From a virus, in IMG/VR virus record IMGVR_UViG_3300025070_000024, positions 1 to 64,000 of that record: a stretch of 64,000 nucleotides of DNA; one strand, 5' to 3'. The notes beneath the pieces are model-generated. The model had not been told where the DNA came from and did no database searches. It was given only the letters and a program-made list of their open reading frames with translations. The number at the start of each line of letters is the position of its first letter. Position 1 is the stretch's first letter. Shown here piece by piece: positions 9,001 to 16,976 of this stretch. Made by a program: the position numbers and the translations under genes.

Positions 9001-11661
9001 CTGATTGTGCAGCCTAATTAACGCAATGCGGTCTTCACTAAGCTCAAACAGACTAGCGACAACGTCTTGAATCTCAGGCACATTCAACTCTGTGTCTACC
9101 AGAGAAATAGCATCCAAAGCTTCGTGCATGTCCACGAGAGCATTGATACGCGCTACCTGTTCGTCTCTATTAAAATTATATTCTCCCTCAATAGCTCCCC
9201 TAGACATAAAGGCTTGAGTTAGGCTTTCTTCTTGCTCTCTAAGACGTTCTAACTCTTGCTCAGCTTCTTGAGTTTCTTGTTGTCTAGCTGCAGCTTTCTC
9301 TGCATTAATATTCTTAATAATCTTACGCTCAAGCTTTGTCTGCAGACCTTTTTCGATTCTGCGAATTTTCTCACGTAAAGCAGACATCTTTTCGATGTCT
9401 TGCATACTGATATTTAAATAATGCTGTATGCGCTGACCGCTAAGAATAGTGTCTGCATTAAGAGTTTTAATATTGTCGGCTAACGTCTGGGCTAATTTCT
9501 TTTCGCGTACATCGTATGCTTCTATATTGTACAATGTGTTTGCAATAGCCGTGTTTACTTCGGGGTCGCGCCCGCGATAAATCTCCTGGCTTCGTTCAAA
9601 AGCTGTCTTTGCAGCCTTCATTTGGTTTTCGTAAGTCTCGTAGACTTCAATTTTCCGTGCCAAGACCTCCTGATCAGACATAGAGTCTCCATCTTTACCT
9701 AGCAACTGCCGGTAATCGTCCGCAGTCATGTCATCTAGGATAGACTTAGCTTCTACTAAAGCATCATCATACCTGCCTGTAATAATTTTACTTGCTGCAT
9801 GACTAAATATTTGGTTTTGCTCAATGTCTTTCATGCGCTTGAAGTCTCCAGCTAAAGCTGCAGCATCCATATCGCGTTGAAGACCATTCTGCACTACACT
9901 ATTCTCTACTTCTGCGCGTAAAGTCTCAAGAACACCTCCGTCTTTTTCATGCAGATCTAAGATGCGCTGCATCTTTTCATCTCTCTCTAAAATTCCTTTT
10001 CGAACATCTTGGTAACCGCCTAAAAGCCGTAGCTTATAAACGTCTTTTTTCCCATCTTGGCTTTTTACTTTAGCTGCCCAAGGTGCTCCCATTATACCTA
10101 AGAGCATACCAATACCTACCTCTTTAAGTCCTTCTTTTGTACCGTATGAACCTTGAAAGCCAACGCTCAAGTTGTCCATAAAGTTGACAGTCTGAGTTTG
10201 GTTTTCTTCGTCGTACTTGTGCCGCAAGTAATCTTTTGTGCTTCGAGCAATTACACCTTGCAAACCTTCCTCTACAACACCTTCATACGCACCCCTACGC
10301 AAAATAGCTGTACCACGAGCTAGCTTACCCATATTAGTAGCTTTACCAAAGCCCAAAGTATTCAAGTCAAATGACCCTCTACTTTCTATATACTTAGGTA
10401 GAGCAGATTTGTCAACTCCTAGCCTCCGCGCTAACCGTGTTTGTTGGGAGGTACTCATTTTATTTACGTCCCTAAGACGTGTCCGAAACATTTGTCCCCG
10501 CATACGAGTACCAAATATTTTTGGAAACATCACCATATTACTGACTCCAACTAAAGCAAAGTTTGCCAAGAATGCCGCATTTGTATGAGGCTCATATTGC
10601 TCTCGTACAGCCTGTTCTTTTTCATCTGTAAATGATCCAGCACCGTACCGAGATTCGTACTCTCTACGCTCTTCTTCTACAGCTTCATTCAAGGTATGCC
10701 TAGCTTCCATAGAAGCCTCCATACCAGCTCCTGTAAACCACTGGCGAGCTACGCGACCATACGTATTGTAGCGCATCGCTTTATTTACCTGAGAAGATGC
10801 TGAGGTAATTCCTCCTGCAGCAGCTACTCTAGTAGCATCATCTCCTAAAGCACTAATTCCTCTCGCTACTTCATCTACATATTTACCGCTAATGACTCTG
10901 CGACCGCCATTAGCAATGTTTTTCATAATACGTGAACCCCTAGCAACTAAACCAGCTGTTGCTGCGGCTTGAATTCCTGCGGCGCCACCGCCTGTACCAA
11001 CGGTAACTGCACTCAAAATTGCTTCTGTTGCAACAGCACCAACTAAGAAAGACAGACCTCCAAAAAGATCATTGAAAATAAAATTAGCTCCTTGTTTTAT
11101 GCCTCCTTGGTCACCGCCTGTTTTTACTTCAAATGTCTTACCCCAATATTCCTCAGCACGATCAAGTGCATTGGTTACAGAGTTGTCGTAAAACTTAGAA
11201 AACTCTTGATTAGCAATTGCAGAACCCAATCCATAAAAAGTTCCGCCAATACCCTGACCTATATTTAAAACAGTGTCTCCAGCAAATTGCACAGACCCGT
11301 TAAATATCTTCTCAAATACTCCTTGAGCTTCTTGAGATTTGTCATACAGACGTGCAGGGTCATCAAAGGTCTCGCCTTGATCTAGACCGGTCACAAATGT
11401 GCGGTCCATCAAAGGGTCAAGATCCATTCCTAAATAACCATCTTGGTTATTCTGAATACGAAGACGAAGATCTTTATCTAAATACCCTAAGTCAGAAAAA
11501 TCAACTCCTTTAGCAACAACGTTTCCAGCTTGATACTCTTCCGCTCGAAGCTCTCGGTCAGTTTTTTGTACTGTACTAGGCTGACCTGTCAAAGCTTCAT
11601 CAACTTCTTCCGGCTTTGCATTCGTCAGCGGAATAAGCTTGTCGTTTAAATTTTCCTCCAT
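1..11661 (-). CDS. Giant virion-packaged DNA-dependent RNA polymerase (crAss-like vRNAP polyprotein), truncated at the window edge, at least 3887 aa
   Basis: ATG at 11661 (MEENLNDKLIPL...). The frame was open at every point I spot-checked down to base 1. It contains FGYRLPTQ...GDRIIVPKELVGRIGQDYDIDKL (DYDID at 2791-2805), matching the two-barrel RNAP DxDxD catalytic motif and its GYRxPTQ context in crAss-like vRNAPs. It is absent from the ORF track because the stop codon lies outside the window. Confidence 0.92.
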   Translation of the reverse strand, partial: MEENLNDKLIPLTNAKPEEVDEALTGQPSTVQKTDRELRAEEYQAGNVVAKGVDFSDLGYLDKDLRLRIQNNQDGYLGMDLDPLMDRTFVTGLDQGETFDDPARLYDKSQEAQGVFEKIFNGSVQFAGDTVLNIGQGIGGTFYGLGSAIANQEFSKFYDNSVTNALDRAEEYWGKTFEVKTGGDQGGIKQGANFIFNDLFGGLSFLVGAVATEAILSAVTVGTGGGAAGIQAAATAGLVARGSRIMKNIANGGRRVISGKYVDEVARGISALGDDATRVAAAGGITSASSQVNKAMRYNTYGRVARQWFTGAGMEASMEARHTLNEAVEEERREYESRYGAGSFTDEKEQAVREQYEPHTNAAFLANFALVGVSNMVMFPKIFGTRMRGQMFRTRLRDVNKMSTSQQTRLARRLGVDKSALPKYIESRGSFDLNTLGFGKATNMGKLARGTAILRRGAYEGVVEEGLQGVIARSTKDYLRHKYDEENQTQTVNFMDNLSVGFQGSYGTKEGLKEVGIGMLLGIMGAPWAAKVKSQDGKKDVYKLRLLGGYQDVRKGILERDEKMQRILDLHEKDGGVLETLRAEVENSVVQNGLQRDMDAAALAGDFKRMKDIEQNQIFSHAASKIITGRYDDALVEAKSILDDMTADDYRQLLGKDGDSMSDQEVLARKIEVYETYENQMKAAKTAFERSQEIYRGRDPEVNTAIANTLYNIEAYDVREKKLAQTLADNIKTLNADTILSGQRIQHYLNISMQDIEKMSALREKIRRIEKGLQTKLERKIIKNINAEKAAARQQETQEAEQELERLREQEESLTQAFMSRGAIEGEYNFNRDEQVARINALVDMHEALDAISLVDTELNVPEIQDVVASLFELSEDRIALIRLHNQLLEDGGLANYIASIEGVITAGAEINKALKKRAENNEDNASDINSEKFQVTDEDDDVITEDIDESINEDPNYYDDADNSKAEAEAAAEADSDSGSEFSEEDYEQAEESSDGKLTEDDSVKKFQPPPSSETETSTNSENDPAPQKEVVPEDKATPSNVTSTGKLWLDIEVEGKLKPDVTDVQKHLALNGSEGLIFRAIQINGNEVEIVVESVKGNLPTFPGGNKLMSIGVSNFENVFGEGSLALANSDAGYTFSLEIESYGSGVLMHYLDKEGKIKGGPQIVGDVLTDPKNQLIEVVYSVRDSENATTFFSALTGKDISNSSNEEIKTFLAENTKTRSGLRTGSHYAIVRDSRTQNLTFAAIKGNSIGIASSRFILRALQTLNIASGAQTKEQHQMSDQEYDHNVRQLEEHFDIDFGQEGFDLAKQINKVIRSISGVNAFKDVSEIREGQKNAKTNQIQIFPSNNKKGAQLVVYKAGIDPMQLLLDGQGNPRVDAKNKPYRVKSSWKSDTTSKEGRSDFLRLLGGIRHSSTLEQRSLLKSAGKVMSQLEFGSTLYEDGTTAQGLKVEPLESYEFIANNFLFGSYIDTRKANRGDRGPLEIIDPITGERKVYANRVKQMNIVPVGADIAPIPSSSSEQDTEGDTESTPSSTSDDSFFNTDTEGDTEYDDSELQGGAIDPSVNTGSNEDSGSAYDDIDFDDDDDGGLYSPSARTETTDEDSISFSPRGSESKAKLSPMDRAGKNMRVSGLTVKETEEAINIIVGLAARLVQVHSVTKRRNQAMTLGSLKRNVYRVLIGTNKRPSPIKQVFNQLPEADQKKIQIFLKNSNAGTSKKEVGYSLMFDQAFFLAAQRLVLGTHGLLKLGAQNLNELSEAYDGLTDLTEESYDRADLSMKEFEDKFSFTVDPKATQGVLLRRQLMAIRHTHTDSNTKTFLGLRKYIDHNTISGILNQELAGIKPNFRDVKEKLEKSVAQYPYVKDILKSMDIKTLDVKDPFYNQKLNTMLQLRQQFVVFASKDAVTYLSTKHNINQGAFGTVYLFSSNERNMGVHALQNFLSKLVTNGFYNYTKGVPEINKKKFQSFVAELDAITETEDSTKTKADLISQLFERELKMTIPAHLFTSEVPGMEDIEAELGIGNSKMDPVSAFGHLRYVMRSVATGQVSKTTNIMSLPQTMQFKKFFMLSATQGDDLIQNTSKDAAGNLRWHYVMPKLLSDKIKSIKNLTDEEIEEASVYLQKNLLYQMSGDSALMASKLKVDYYDAHSKLRSSMNPREWLKMSPGDRKLAQLILYGNDNTYIQRNGKKIMLSRFTLPTIADKETMPVIQVASASVQVNNRILLNGVSKKDMPIQDLRIEHFINTRNYYKDNIKSLVDQELTRINNIEEENFSELPTEAQRQANKIIMFPELNVLLDKHPLSSMKGSGDRAAFHKDAEVIITAALNRDMQEGLTQMHHSGIFDLYEKTGPDGTVFTDSEGNEIPRIRQEGAISTLRFFNKAHLLAKGDVTGKSSQEFIANHLGLEADNNIPAKQMFLAYHAKFVAESRAVRAHTVQAVTGDVGVYWKKDVNSTLKNMQKRLAALIAPGTVVPSITKEDIPNTPGVDSMGNTVVKRILIKDFKTDASNIAELKKLLPNSELSAYLNIETTDAAEYITPRERLLNLLAEGKISRKQFSGLLAKAESGQTLEKEEMGYFRPGKPVAAGDHGTHHFYIKSAEFVLLPSDIQGTSLMNLYDFMVATNVGRATHESAYKVGRRANTAIDIYEDDGSVRKFTVEEIEDVAENLTGKRYDQDRSTFKIQQQVPVKTKLETVHGTQISRLFDVGLQNETGFDEYGVFKAFRKDGKLRGKNLKVIYNNARGIENQAKKVAFYKKYGVGTPEYKVKMAARLREEGANRGYGMNEMAALHFDPDTQVFSVPLWGTASAQRIDSLLISIVESEVIKPRTLGFSGPIAPEIGYAFEELSKAQKSSISWVTNSEGQPIWKGNSLETTTKAKPYDEIILPWKFKADLGKFQDENGNIDINRIDSQLLDVFGYRLPTQAKASSSSFRVVGFSGPEVGDRIIVPKELVGRIGQDYDIDKLFTLMFDHELSDTEVDKPRLVKKASLSKSEVESYTDKELLNESLEAMDVEALEELISRARNTQIDVYHSSHRNTSEKVRKIIHEPIGDGYAEDLAEIVNAKGDLILDPMGVSYNDFTTADASAGATALGVFAVQGSLHAVINSNQLDIYLAQGNYMDVVEIGQSKGQSLMRKGQAISKAAWAKLGKDEILDDSFILLDKETKAGTVTKQFNRMMNHALDNQNNGLLGDLRISRETYPLWSMLTHHGYNQETIELIVSSSAIKNVVEVSKSRSAMTNGNYFELPKYLSNEVKIRRTEILQGFSTEKFDTLEGKELEVAISKASKEYTKWRRSNKVNFAVNKEWLVADFKGQELEERERQVYELGLLELFLKTINQGKRLAKFSDTLRRDSVFPAHRQELNMMIQDTTVYYYPIRGMNGLLNLPGEDSMAKSNGIAFGDWNKVLTLANASLKAKNKYGAKSKQYKESEGALNAFKQAEMERLRTQILQNTHPGQLADLVMNLKADGVFSLSEEHVDRTRMYDTALAYFQEQTQSVTKMHSWLRGLRSYHFARLAEKIDGSRNAREIRNSLLVDPDTNLASQITQAKKDFPSLEKNPFLKHLILNVDTSAHGYYTVEFTGDRNLNVTSQEILAGMHDLLTHKEKQVRELGKSVVLYSLVTGGGLGSRSFSKYVLAEYLEENGIRQELMNAVDKDSVFWNTEAHRQIVMHNHTLIPRAPEFGQDVVRTQEEDPTERTVIEIGFKNGSPEASQSDRDATLNFGFFRDKKSNRPHEIGKWLRTELVDGVPWDYYEAIQLQGIKGNFLHKEYSSYAQDEEGNSTGFTSEIEIERVKPSEENEDYSDNEGFSEADFDDAEEFDDGDPFGSGTDTNGTTTVEDNPAVEKAFGTEGDDKTTDSLITGTEAADYDNMDFDDDGDGSLFSASPRTRVVVPV

Positions 11662-11665
11662 GTGA

Positions 11666-13288
11666 TTAGTTTTGACCGGTAGCGTAAGTATAGTACAGCT
11701 TACCAATGATATTTCTCATCTCCGATTCACTCATTGCTTGAATAGGAATCTGTCGTCCATCTAAAATAGTTCGGACATTACGTCGACCTATCTTTGACTT
11801 CAAGTTGTACTTACCTTCATCTCTACCTTCTAAAATTCTTTCTACATATACTCCTGTAGGGCGATTGTCATTGGTAGACAAGACTAACCCAGGAACATCG
11901 TGAAATTGATACTGATCAACCTCATCGATATTTTTCATCCAAGTACCTAAATATGGGTCTCTCATCATACTAAGTATTGGATATGCCATTTTACGGGATT
12001 CAAAATTATTATTATTCATGCCCTGTTGAAGCATAAAGTCATCCATACTTTGATTTGCGAACGTTGCATAATCAGCAGGGGACATCGAGATATACCCTAC
12101 CTGTTCGCTGTTTTGCGTAGCATCGCCTGCCTTACTATTATTCATTGTAACCCGTACAATAGGCTCTCCATTGATAGGATTAATAGCAGGCGTTAAATGA
12201 GCACCTACAATTTGACCTTCATCTACAGTAGTACGTTGCTTAGTAGAGAACTTCGATCCCATAGGTATATACTCTAAGTTTGCATCACCTGAAATCATAT
12301 TGACTAAAGTCCTTTCTAAGCCGTCTCCAGGAGCATTAGTAAAATACGTAGGAATAGAAATGTCATCTGCATCAGATCCTTCTGTCACTATTGACTCATA
12401 GTTACCTGTAACATCAGGACTTCCCGCATCATTCAGATACGCATACCTTGGATCTTTAAGCCGAGTACTGTTAGAACCGCTATTGTATTTACCTACGCGA
12501 GACTCCCCAGCAGCTTTGAGTGCATTTTTAACTGCCTCTACAACTTTTGGTTGTTGTGTCTCGGGATCTAAGCGCAAGAAAGGTTTTTCAAACATGCTGC
12601 GAGCCATATCATTGATATGTATTCTCCCTGCCTGTGTACCTATCCACATATCATAGCCTTCATCCTCAATGAAATCTCGGACACCTGCACGAGTTTGGGT
12701 TACCTCCAGTCTCGGAGTAAACATTTTCTGCATCTCAGTGGTGTAGTTAGGACGAGCTGTAGGCACACCATTAAGTCGATTCATCTCTCCGTTAGGTCCG
12801 ATACTACTGAAGCCGTCTTTATAGTAGTCTCCTGAAAAAGTTACATTTTCTGCCCCTAACTCAGATACCATTTTGTTGTACATGGTCTGCTGCTCCTCTC
12901 CCATAGCCATCTGTTTCTTGATGTGCATATAGTTAGGATTACCAGTTATGTTTCTAGCTAAGTCTCGGACTTGTCTCACTCTATTGTGAAAGTCGTTTTT
13001 AGTACTAGCATCGGTAATGACATTTTTTACTTGGTCATACATGCCCTGCAAGTACACTCGATCATCATCACTAGCATTAGCCACGTCTTTAGCTAACATC
13101 TCTTGCATAGTGCTCAAAGAGTTTTGGCCTTCATAATAAGCTTTGTCCATTCTATTAAATAGATTGCCTATTGCTTCATTAGGAATACTTCCAAAGCTCC
13201 CAGGCTGGTATTGGTTTGCCAATACTGCGCCTAAAGCATTTGCAGGAATAAAAGACCTATTGCTTTGAGTCGTACTTTTTTTAGCCAT
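11666..13288 (-). CDS. Putative virion cargo/ejection protein, 540 aa
   Basis: Long ORF directly upstream of the vRNAP with a helical N-terminus. This position matches crAss-like ejected cargo genes. Confidence 0.6.
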   Translation of the reverse strand: MAKKSTTQSNRSFIPANALGAVLANQYQPGSFGSIPNEAIGNLFNRMDKAYYEGQNSLSTMQEMLAKDVANASDDDRVYLQGMYDQVKNVITDASTKNDFHNRVRQVRDLARNITGNPNYMHIKKQMAMGEEQQTMYNKMVSELGAENVTFSGDYYKDGFSSIGPNGEMNRLNGVPTARPNYTTEMQKMFTPRLEVTQTRAGVRDFIEDEGYDMWIGTQAGRIHINDMARSMFEKPFLRLDPETQQPKVVEAVKNALKAAGESRVGKYNSGSNSTRLKDPRYAYLNDAGSPDVTGNYESIVTEGSDADDISIPTYFTNAPGDGLERTLVNMISGDANLEYIPMGSKFSTKQRTTVDEGQIVGAHLTPAINPINGEPIVRVTMNNSKAGDATQNSEQVGYISMSPADYATFANQSMDDFMLQQGMNNNNFESRKMAYPILSMMRDPYLGTWMKNIDEVDQYQFHDVPGLVLSTNDNRPTGVYVERILEGRDEGKYNLKSKIGRRNVRTILDGRQIPIQAMSESEMRNIIGKLYYTYATGQN

Positions 13289-13292
13289 CGAT

Positions 13293-16200
13293 TCAGTTAT
13301 TTGTCTTCTCTTCCTCTAATCCCTGCATCTGGTTAGGGAGCATGGTAGCTGCATCATAGGGTCGCCCCATTGCTTGAATTTTAGCTACGTATTGAGGTGA
13401 AAGAACGTTTTGAATATAATCTTGTGCAAAGCTACCAACGTTTCTTGCACCTTGAGCAGAGTTTGTTCCCAGAAGAATTTCTTTCTGGTTGTTAAACTGA
13501 GTCACATCATTATTGTACTGGTTCCGCAAAGCATTATTTGCCGATCTAGCTTGGGTAGCTAAGTTCTCGTATTGTGCTTGCGCTCGTTGTCGCATTAGGT
13601 TGTCTGATGAACGCAATCTAGCATCTTGCTTAAATCGCTGAGCTAAAGCTGCCTGTTGATTAGACATACCTGAAGCCGTAGCAGGACTACTTTGCATTAC
13701 TGCACGAGCAGCATCACGATTGTCTTGAAGACTCTGACCTATATTACTCTGATAATTAAACTTAGGAATAACTGTAGTGCTAGGAGATGCAGGAGCCTGC
13801 ATATTCTCAATAGCCTTACGCATATCCCTTGTAGCTTTCATATTAGCAGCTAAAGGAACTATGCTCAAAGGAGTTTTAAAGTCTGGAATTTGTTCAGGGG
13901 CGGCTGGATCTGCTACTTCCCCATCTTCATACTCTGCACCAGAAGCGCCCTGCGTACCGCCAGTACCTTCACCGTCTGTACCAGTATCTCCATCACCTTG
14001 ACCACCTGTTTCTCCTTGTGCTAATTCTTCTTGTGCTAATGCTTCTTGATACTCTTCTTCAGACATTCCTGGTTCTCTTTGAACTGCCCTTCTTTCATTA
14101 GGAAACTGTCGAGCATCAAAATCAGGGAGCAGAGCTGCATTAGCTAAACCTGTGGCTAAGCCATTGTTTATTCCAAAAGCATTACCAAAAGTAGATACTG
14201 GCCTATTGCCAAAGAACTTAGGTGTTAAGACAGAGTGCGGAACATCCATTGTGCCTCCAGAAAACGGAAGAGGCTGACTACCACCAAAGTATGTAGAAGG
14301 TCTACCGACAGCACCACTTTGTCGTGCTAAGCCAGTATTTGCATTTCTTACAGACAATCCTCCCGGTTGCGCATACCGCTGCAAACCAGTTACTTGCGGA
14401 GTAAAGCCTCGTCCTGTACCCATAACACCTCCTCCAGGAATCAAAGTCTGTCCAGGTCTTAAAACACCTCCTGTCTTTCCAGCAAATTGACCTAATGCAT
14501 TACGAGACTGACCCGCACCAATACCCGTAAACACTCCTTGACCAGCACCTAAGTTATTTAAAGGTGCTTGATTAGGAAGAACTAGTCGATTACCTCCAAA
14601 CTGACCTAGCGCATTTCTAGTCTGTTGACTAGCCAAATACTCTTTAGCCTTAGGACCATACCCAGTAAACTTTGCAGCTCCTGCAACTTTAGGAGTAAAC
14701 CCACTTGATGCCGTAGCTTGAAAAGTAACTGGCTGTCCAGCTGCTGCAGTACCTGGCTTAAAAGTAAATCCCCGTCCAGGCTTACCTCCAGCTACTATAT
14801 TTCCACTAGTCCCAATCTGTTTTACATTAGGATTTGCTGCTGAAGCTACTTCTGGAATAGCTCTTTGAGAACTACCTAAAAGAGATGTCTGTGGTTTACT
14901 AGTATTCCAATTAAAAGACCTTGCTCCATCTTCACCAATAATGATTGTTCTAGGAGTCTTACCTACATTTTGTGTACCTCCTTTTACAGCAGTCCTTCGC
15001 CACTCACCCATAGTGGACTTAACTAGCTCTCTTCCTGTTACTGCCGCACCCGTCGCACCTTTTGCACCTTTAACAGCTCGTCCCCCCGGCATTAATAACG
15101 AACCACCTAGACTCTGAGTTGAGGCAGCTAATTGAGCACCGCTTTGGATTTCAGAGTCTTCGGTAGCATAAGATAAATAATCAGAGAAAGGAGTGTATCC
15201 CCCAACTCCTATATGAGATCCGCCTTTTTCATCTGTCCATTTTGTAGTTCCAGGGTTAGCAGCTACTTCAGCAGTTATTTCTTCTATTTTACGTTCATAC
15301 AGTCGTCGAGCTTGAGGGTCTTTTGGAACTGTTTCGTAGCGCATACTAGAGCCTGGAGCGACTCCGCCAATTTGCGATCCTGGTATTAGTCTTCGTTCTG
15401 TTTCAGGCTCAGTTATTCCTCTCTCCTCAGCGATACGCATGACGACGTCTTCAAAACCTCTGCCTGCTCCCGATGCTACACCTTCTCCGTAATGACCAGC
15501 AATATTTGTAAACCCTATACGCTGCGAATGACCGAAGCTGGGGTCAAAAAATCCTGGCCTATTTCCACCATCAGCATATCCTATATCGATATCGCTCATA
15601 TTACTCCCAAGACCGATATCTAACATCTGAGATGTTGTTCGCAGATCTACGCTAGTCTCGTAGGGTATACCTGAACCTCCACGAGCTGTAGCACTAGATA
15701 TGGACTTTTCAGGATTAGCTAAATCAAACTCCCCCTTCTTTACTACATAAGTATTTCCGTCTTTATTCCTAACGTTATAGTCGCCGTAAATATTTTCAGC
15801 ATAAATACTACCTGCATCTGTCTTGCCTGAATTATTTCCGCTGAACGGAACCCTATCAAAATTTAAAACCTCTATATCTTCTCCAATACTTTTCTGTAAT
15901 TCCTCAGGAGTTTTAGCTCTTGGTCCTGATGGAGAAGCTGTGTTTGGCTGCTCAGATGCAACACGCTCTGCTTGTGCTTCTGGAGACAGCATCTCAAACG
16001 GAGTAGTGTCTTCTACTGGCGTAGTAGATGTTTCAGCCTGAGCAGATGTTTCTGAAGGAGTATATTCAGATTGTGCAGAGTTGTACCACTCTTGCATCTT
16101 CGGCATGTTTTCCGTAAACAAAGTGTCTGACGGATCATACGTAACATCCGGACCATCTCCTGCAGTTTTTTTATACGTAGACGTCATTAAAGACTTTGCC

Positions 16201-16976
16201 TGCTCTTCAGTCAAGTCTTGAGTAACATCTATTCCGTATTTAGATAAAGGAGTCCCTTGCCCTTCATAATACCATCCTAATACCTGCGCCCCAATCTTTG
16301 GGTCGGTCGAGACTAGATCAGGATTTTTTACAAGCCTATCATCACCAAAAATTTTCTCACTAGCTGCGGCATACTGAGATTTACCTGTTAGTTGATTTGC
16401 ACCACGACCTCGGTATTTATAGCCATCACCAGGTTCAGTATTTCCTAAAGAATCTCGAGCGTATACGAAATCAAAAAACTTCTGGTCATCAGCCTTAAGC
16501 TTAGTTATCTCACTATCAGACATGTTCTTGAACAAACCTGTCTTCTCGAAAACTTCTTTAATTCGCTTGTTAGAAGTATTCTTATAGCTCTTCTCTTGCT
16601 GAGAAAGCTTTCCTCCGGATTCTTTATGAGTTACAGCAATAGCAGCTAATGCAGCGGAAGGACTATAGTTATAGTCTTTCATAAACATGTCCACTAAAAG
16701 ACTTTGATCGTCGGTAATAGTGTCGCCCCCGTCACCATACTTAGGCACAGTAGAACCGCCGTAATTCATTGCCGGTGTCTGAGCTTCTTTGCCTAGGCGC
16801 ATCTCTTCATTCTTTGCCTTCAACGCATTCAAAGCTTTCATACCCTTTTGCAGGTTAAGCTTAGCTGCATTCGCCATCGGACCTACAGGATAACGCGACA
16901 AAGTGTCCTCCTGCTTTTTAATAAAGCGACTGATTTCAGCTGCAATAGTTGCAGGAGTTTGTTTTTTCTTTCTCAT
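13293..16976 (-). CDS. Virion cargo protein with a GH19 chitinase/lysozyme-like peptidoglycan hydrolase domain, 1227 aa
   Basis: Motifs HKESGG, YARDSLGN, GDGYKYRGRGANQLTG and LVKNPDLV are typical of the GH19/phage lysozyme fold (~16270-16660). A long Gly-rich low-complexity region and a coiled-coil C-terminus follow. Confidence 0.8.
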   Translation of the reverse strand: MRKKKQTPATIAAEISRFIKKQEDTLSRYPVGPMANAAKLNLQKGMKALNALKAKNEEMRLGKEAQTPAMNYGGSTVPKYGDGGDTITDDQSLLVDMFMKDYNYSPSAALAAIAVTHKESGGKLSQQEKSYKNTSNKRIKEVFEKTGLFKNMSDSEITKLKADDQKFFDFVYARDSLGNTEPGDGYKYRGRGANQLTGKSQYAAASEKIFGDDRLVKNPDLVSTDPKIGAQVLGWYYEGQGTPLSKYGIDVTQDLTEEQAKSLMTSTYKKTAGDGPDVTYDPSDTLFTENMPKMQEWYNSAQSEYTPSETSAQAETSTTPVEDTTPFEMLSPEAQAERVASEQPNTASPSGPRAKTPEELQKSIGEDIEVLNFDRVPFSGNNSGKTDAGSIYAENIYGDYNVRNKDGNTYVVKKGEFDLANPEKSISSATARGGSGIPYETSVDLRTTSQMLDIGLGSNMSDIDIGYADGGNRPGFFDPSFGHSQRIGFTNIAGHYGEGVASGAGRGFEDVVMRIAEERGITEPETERRLIPGSQIGGVAPGSSMRYETVPKDPQARRLYERKIEEITAEVAANPGTTKWTDEKGGSHIGVGGYTPFSDYLSYATEDSEIQSGAQLAASTQSLGGSLLMPGGRAVKGAKGATGAAVTGRELVKSTMGEWRRTAVKGGTQNVGKTPRTIIIGEDGARSFNWNTSKPQTSLLGSSQRAIPEVASAANPNVKQIGTSGNIVAGGKPGRGFTFKPGTAAAGQPVTFQATASSGFTPKVAGAAKFTGYGPKAKEYLASQQTRNALGQFGGNRLVLPNQAPLNNLGAGQGVFTGIGAGQSRNALGQFAGKTGGVLRPGQTLIPGGGVMGTGRGFTPQVTGLQRYAQPGGLSVRNANTGLARQSGAVGRPSTYFGGSQPLPFSGGTMDVPHSVLTPKFFGNRPVSTFGNAFGINNGLATGLANAALLPDFDARQFPNERRAVQREPGMSEEEYQEALAQEELAQGETGGQGDGDTGTDGEGTGGTQGASGAEYEDGEVADPAAPEQIPDFKTPLSIVPLAANMKATRDMRKAIENMQAPASPSTTVIPKFNYQSNIGQSLQDNRDAARAVMQSSPATASGMSNQQAALAQRFKQDARLRSSDNLMRQRAQAQYENLATQARSANNALRNQYNNDVTQFNNQKEILLGTNSAQGARNVGSFAQDYIQNVLSPQYVAKIQAMGRPYDAATMLPNQMQGLEEEKTNN

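Noticed and set aside
662-10588. Many short ORFs listed in the track within the vRNAP region
   Set aside because: They are antisense or off-frame shadows of the giant minus-strand ORF and have no recognisable motifs.
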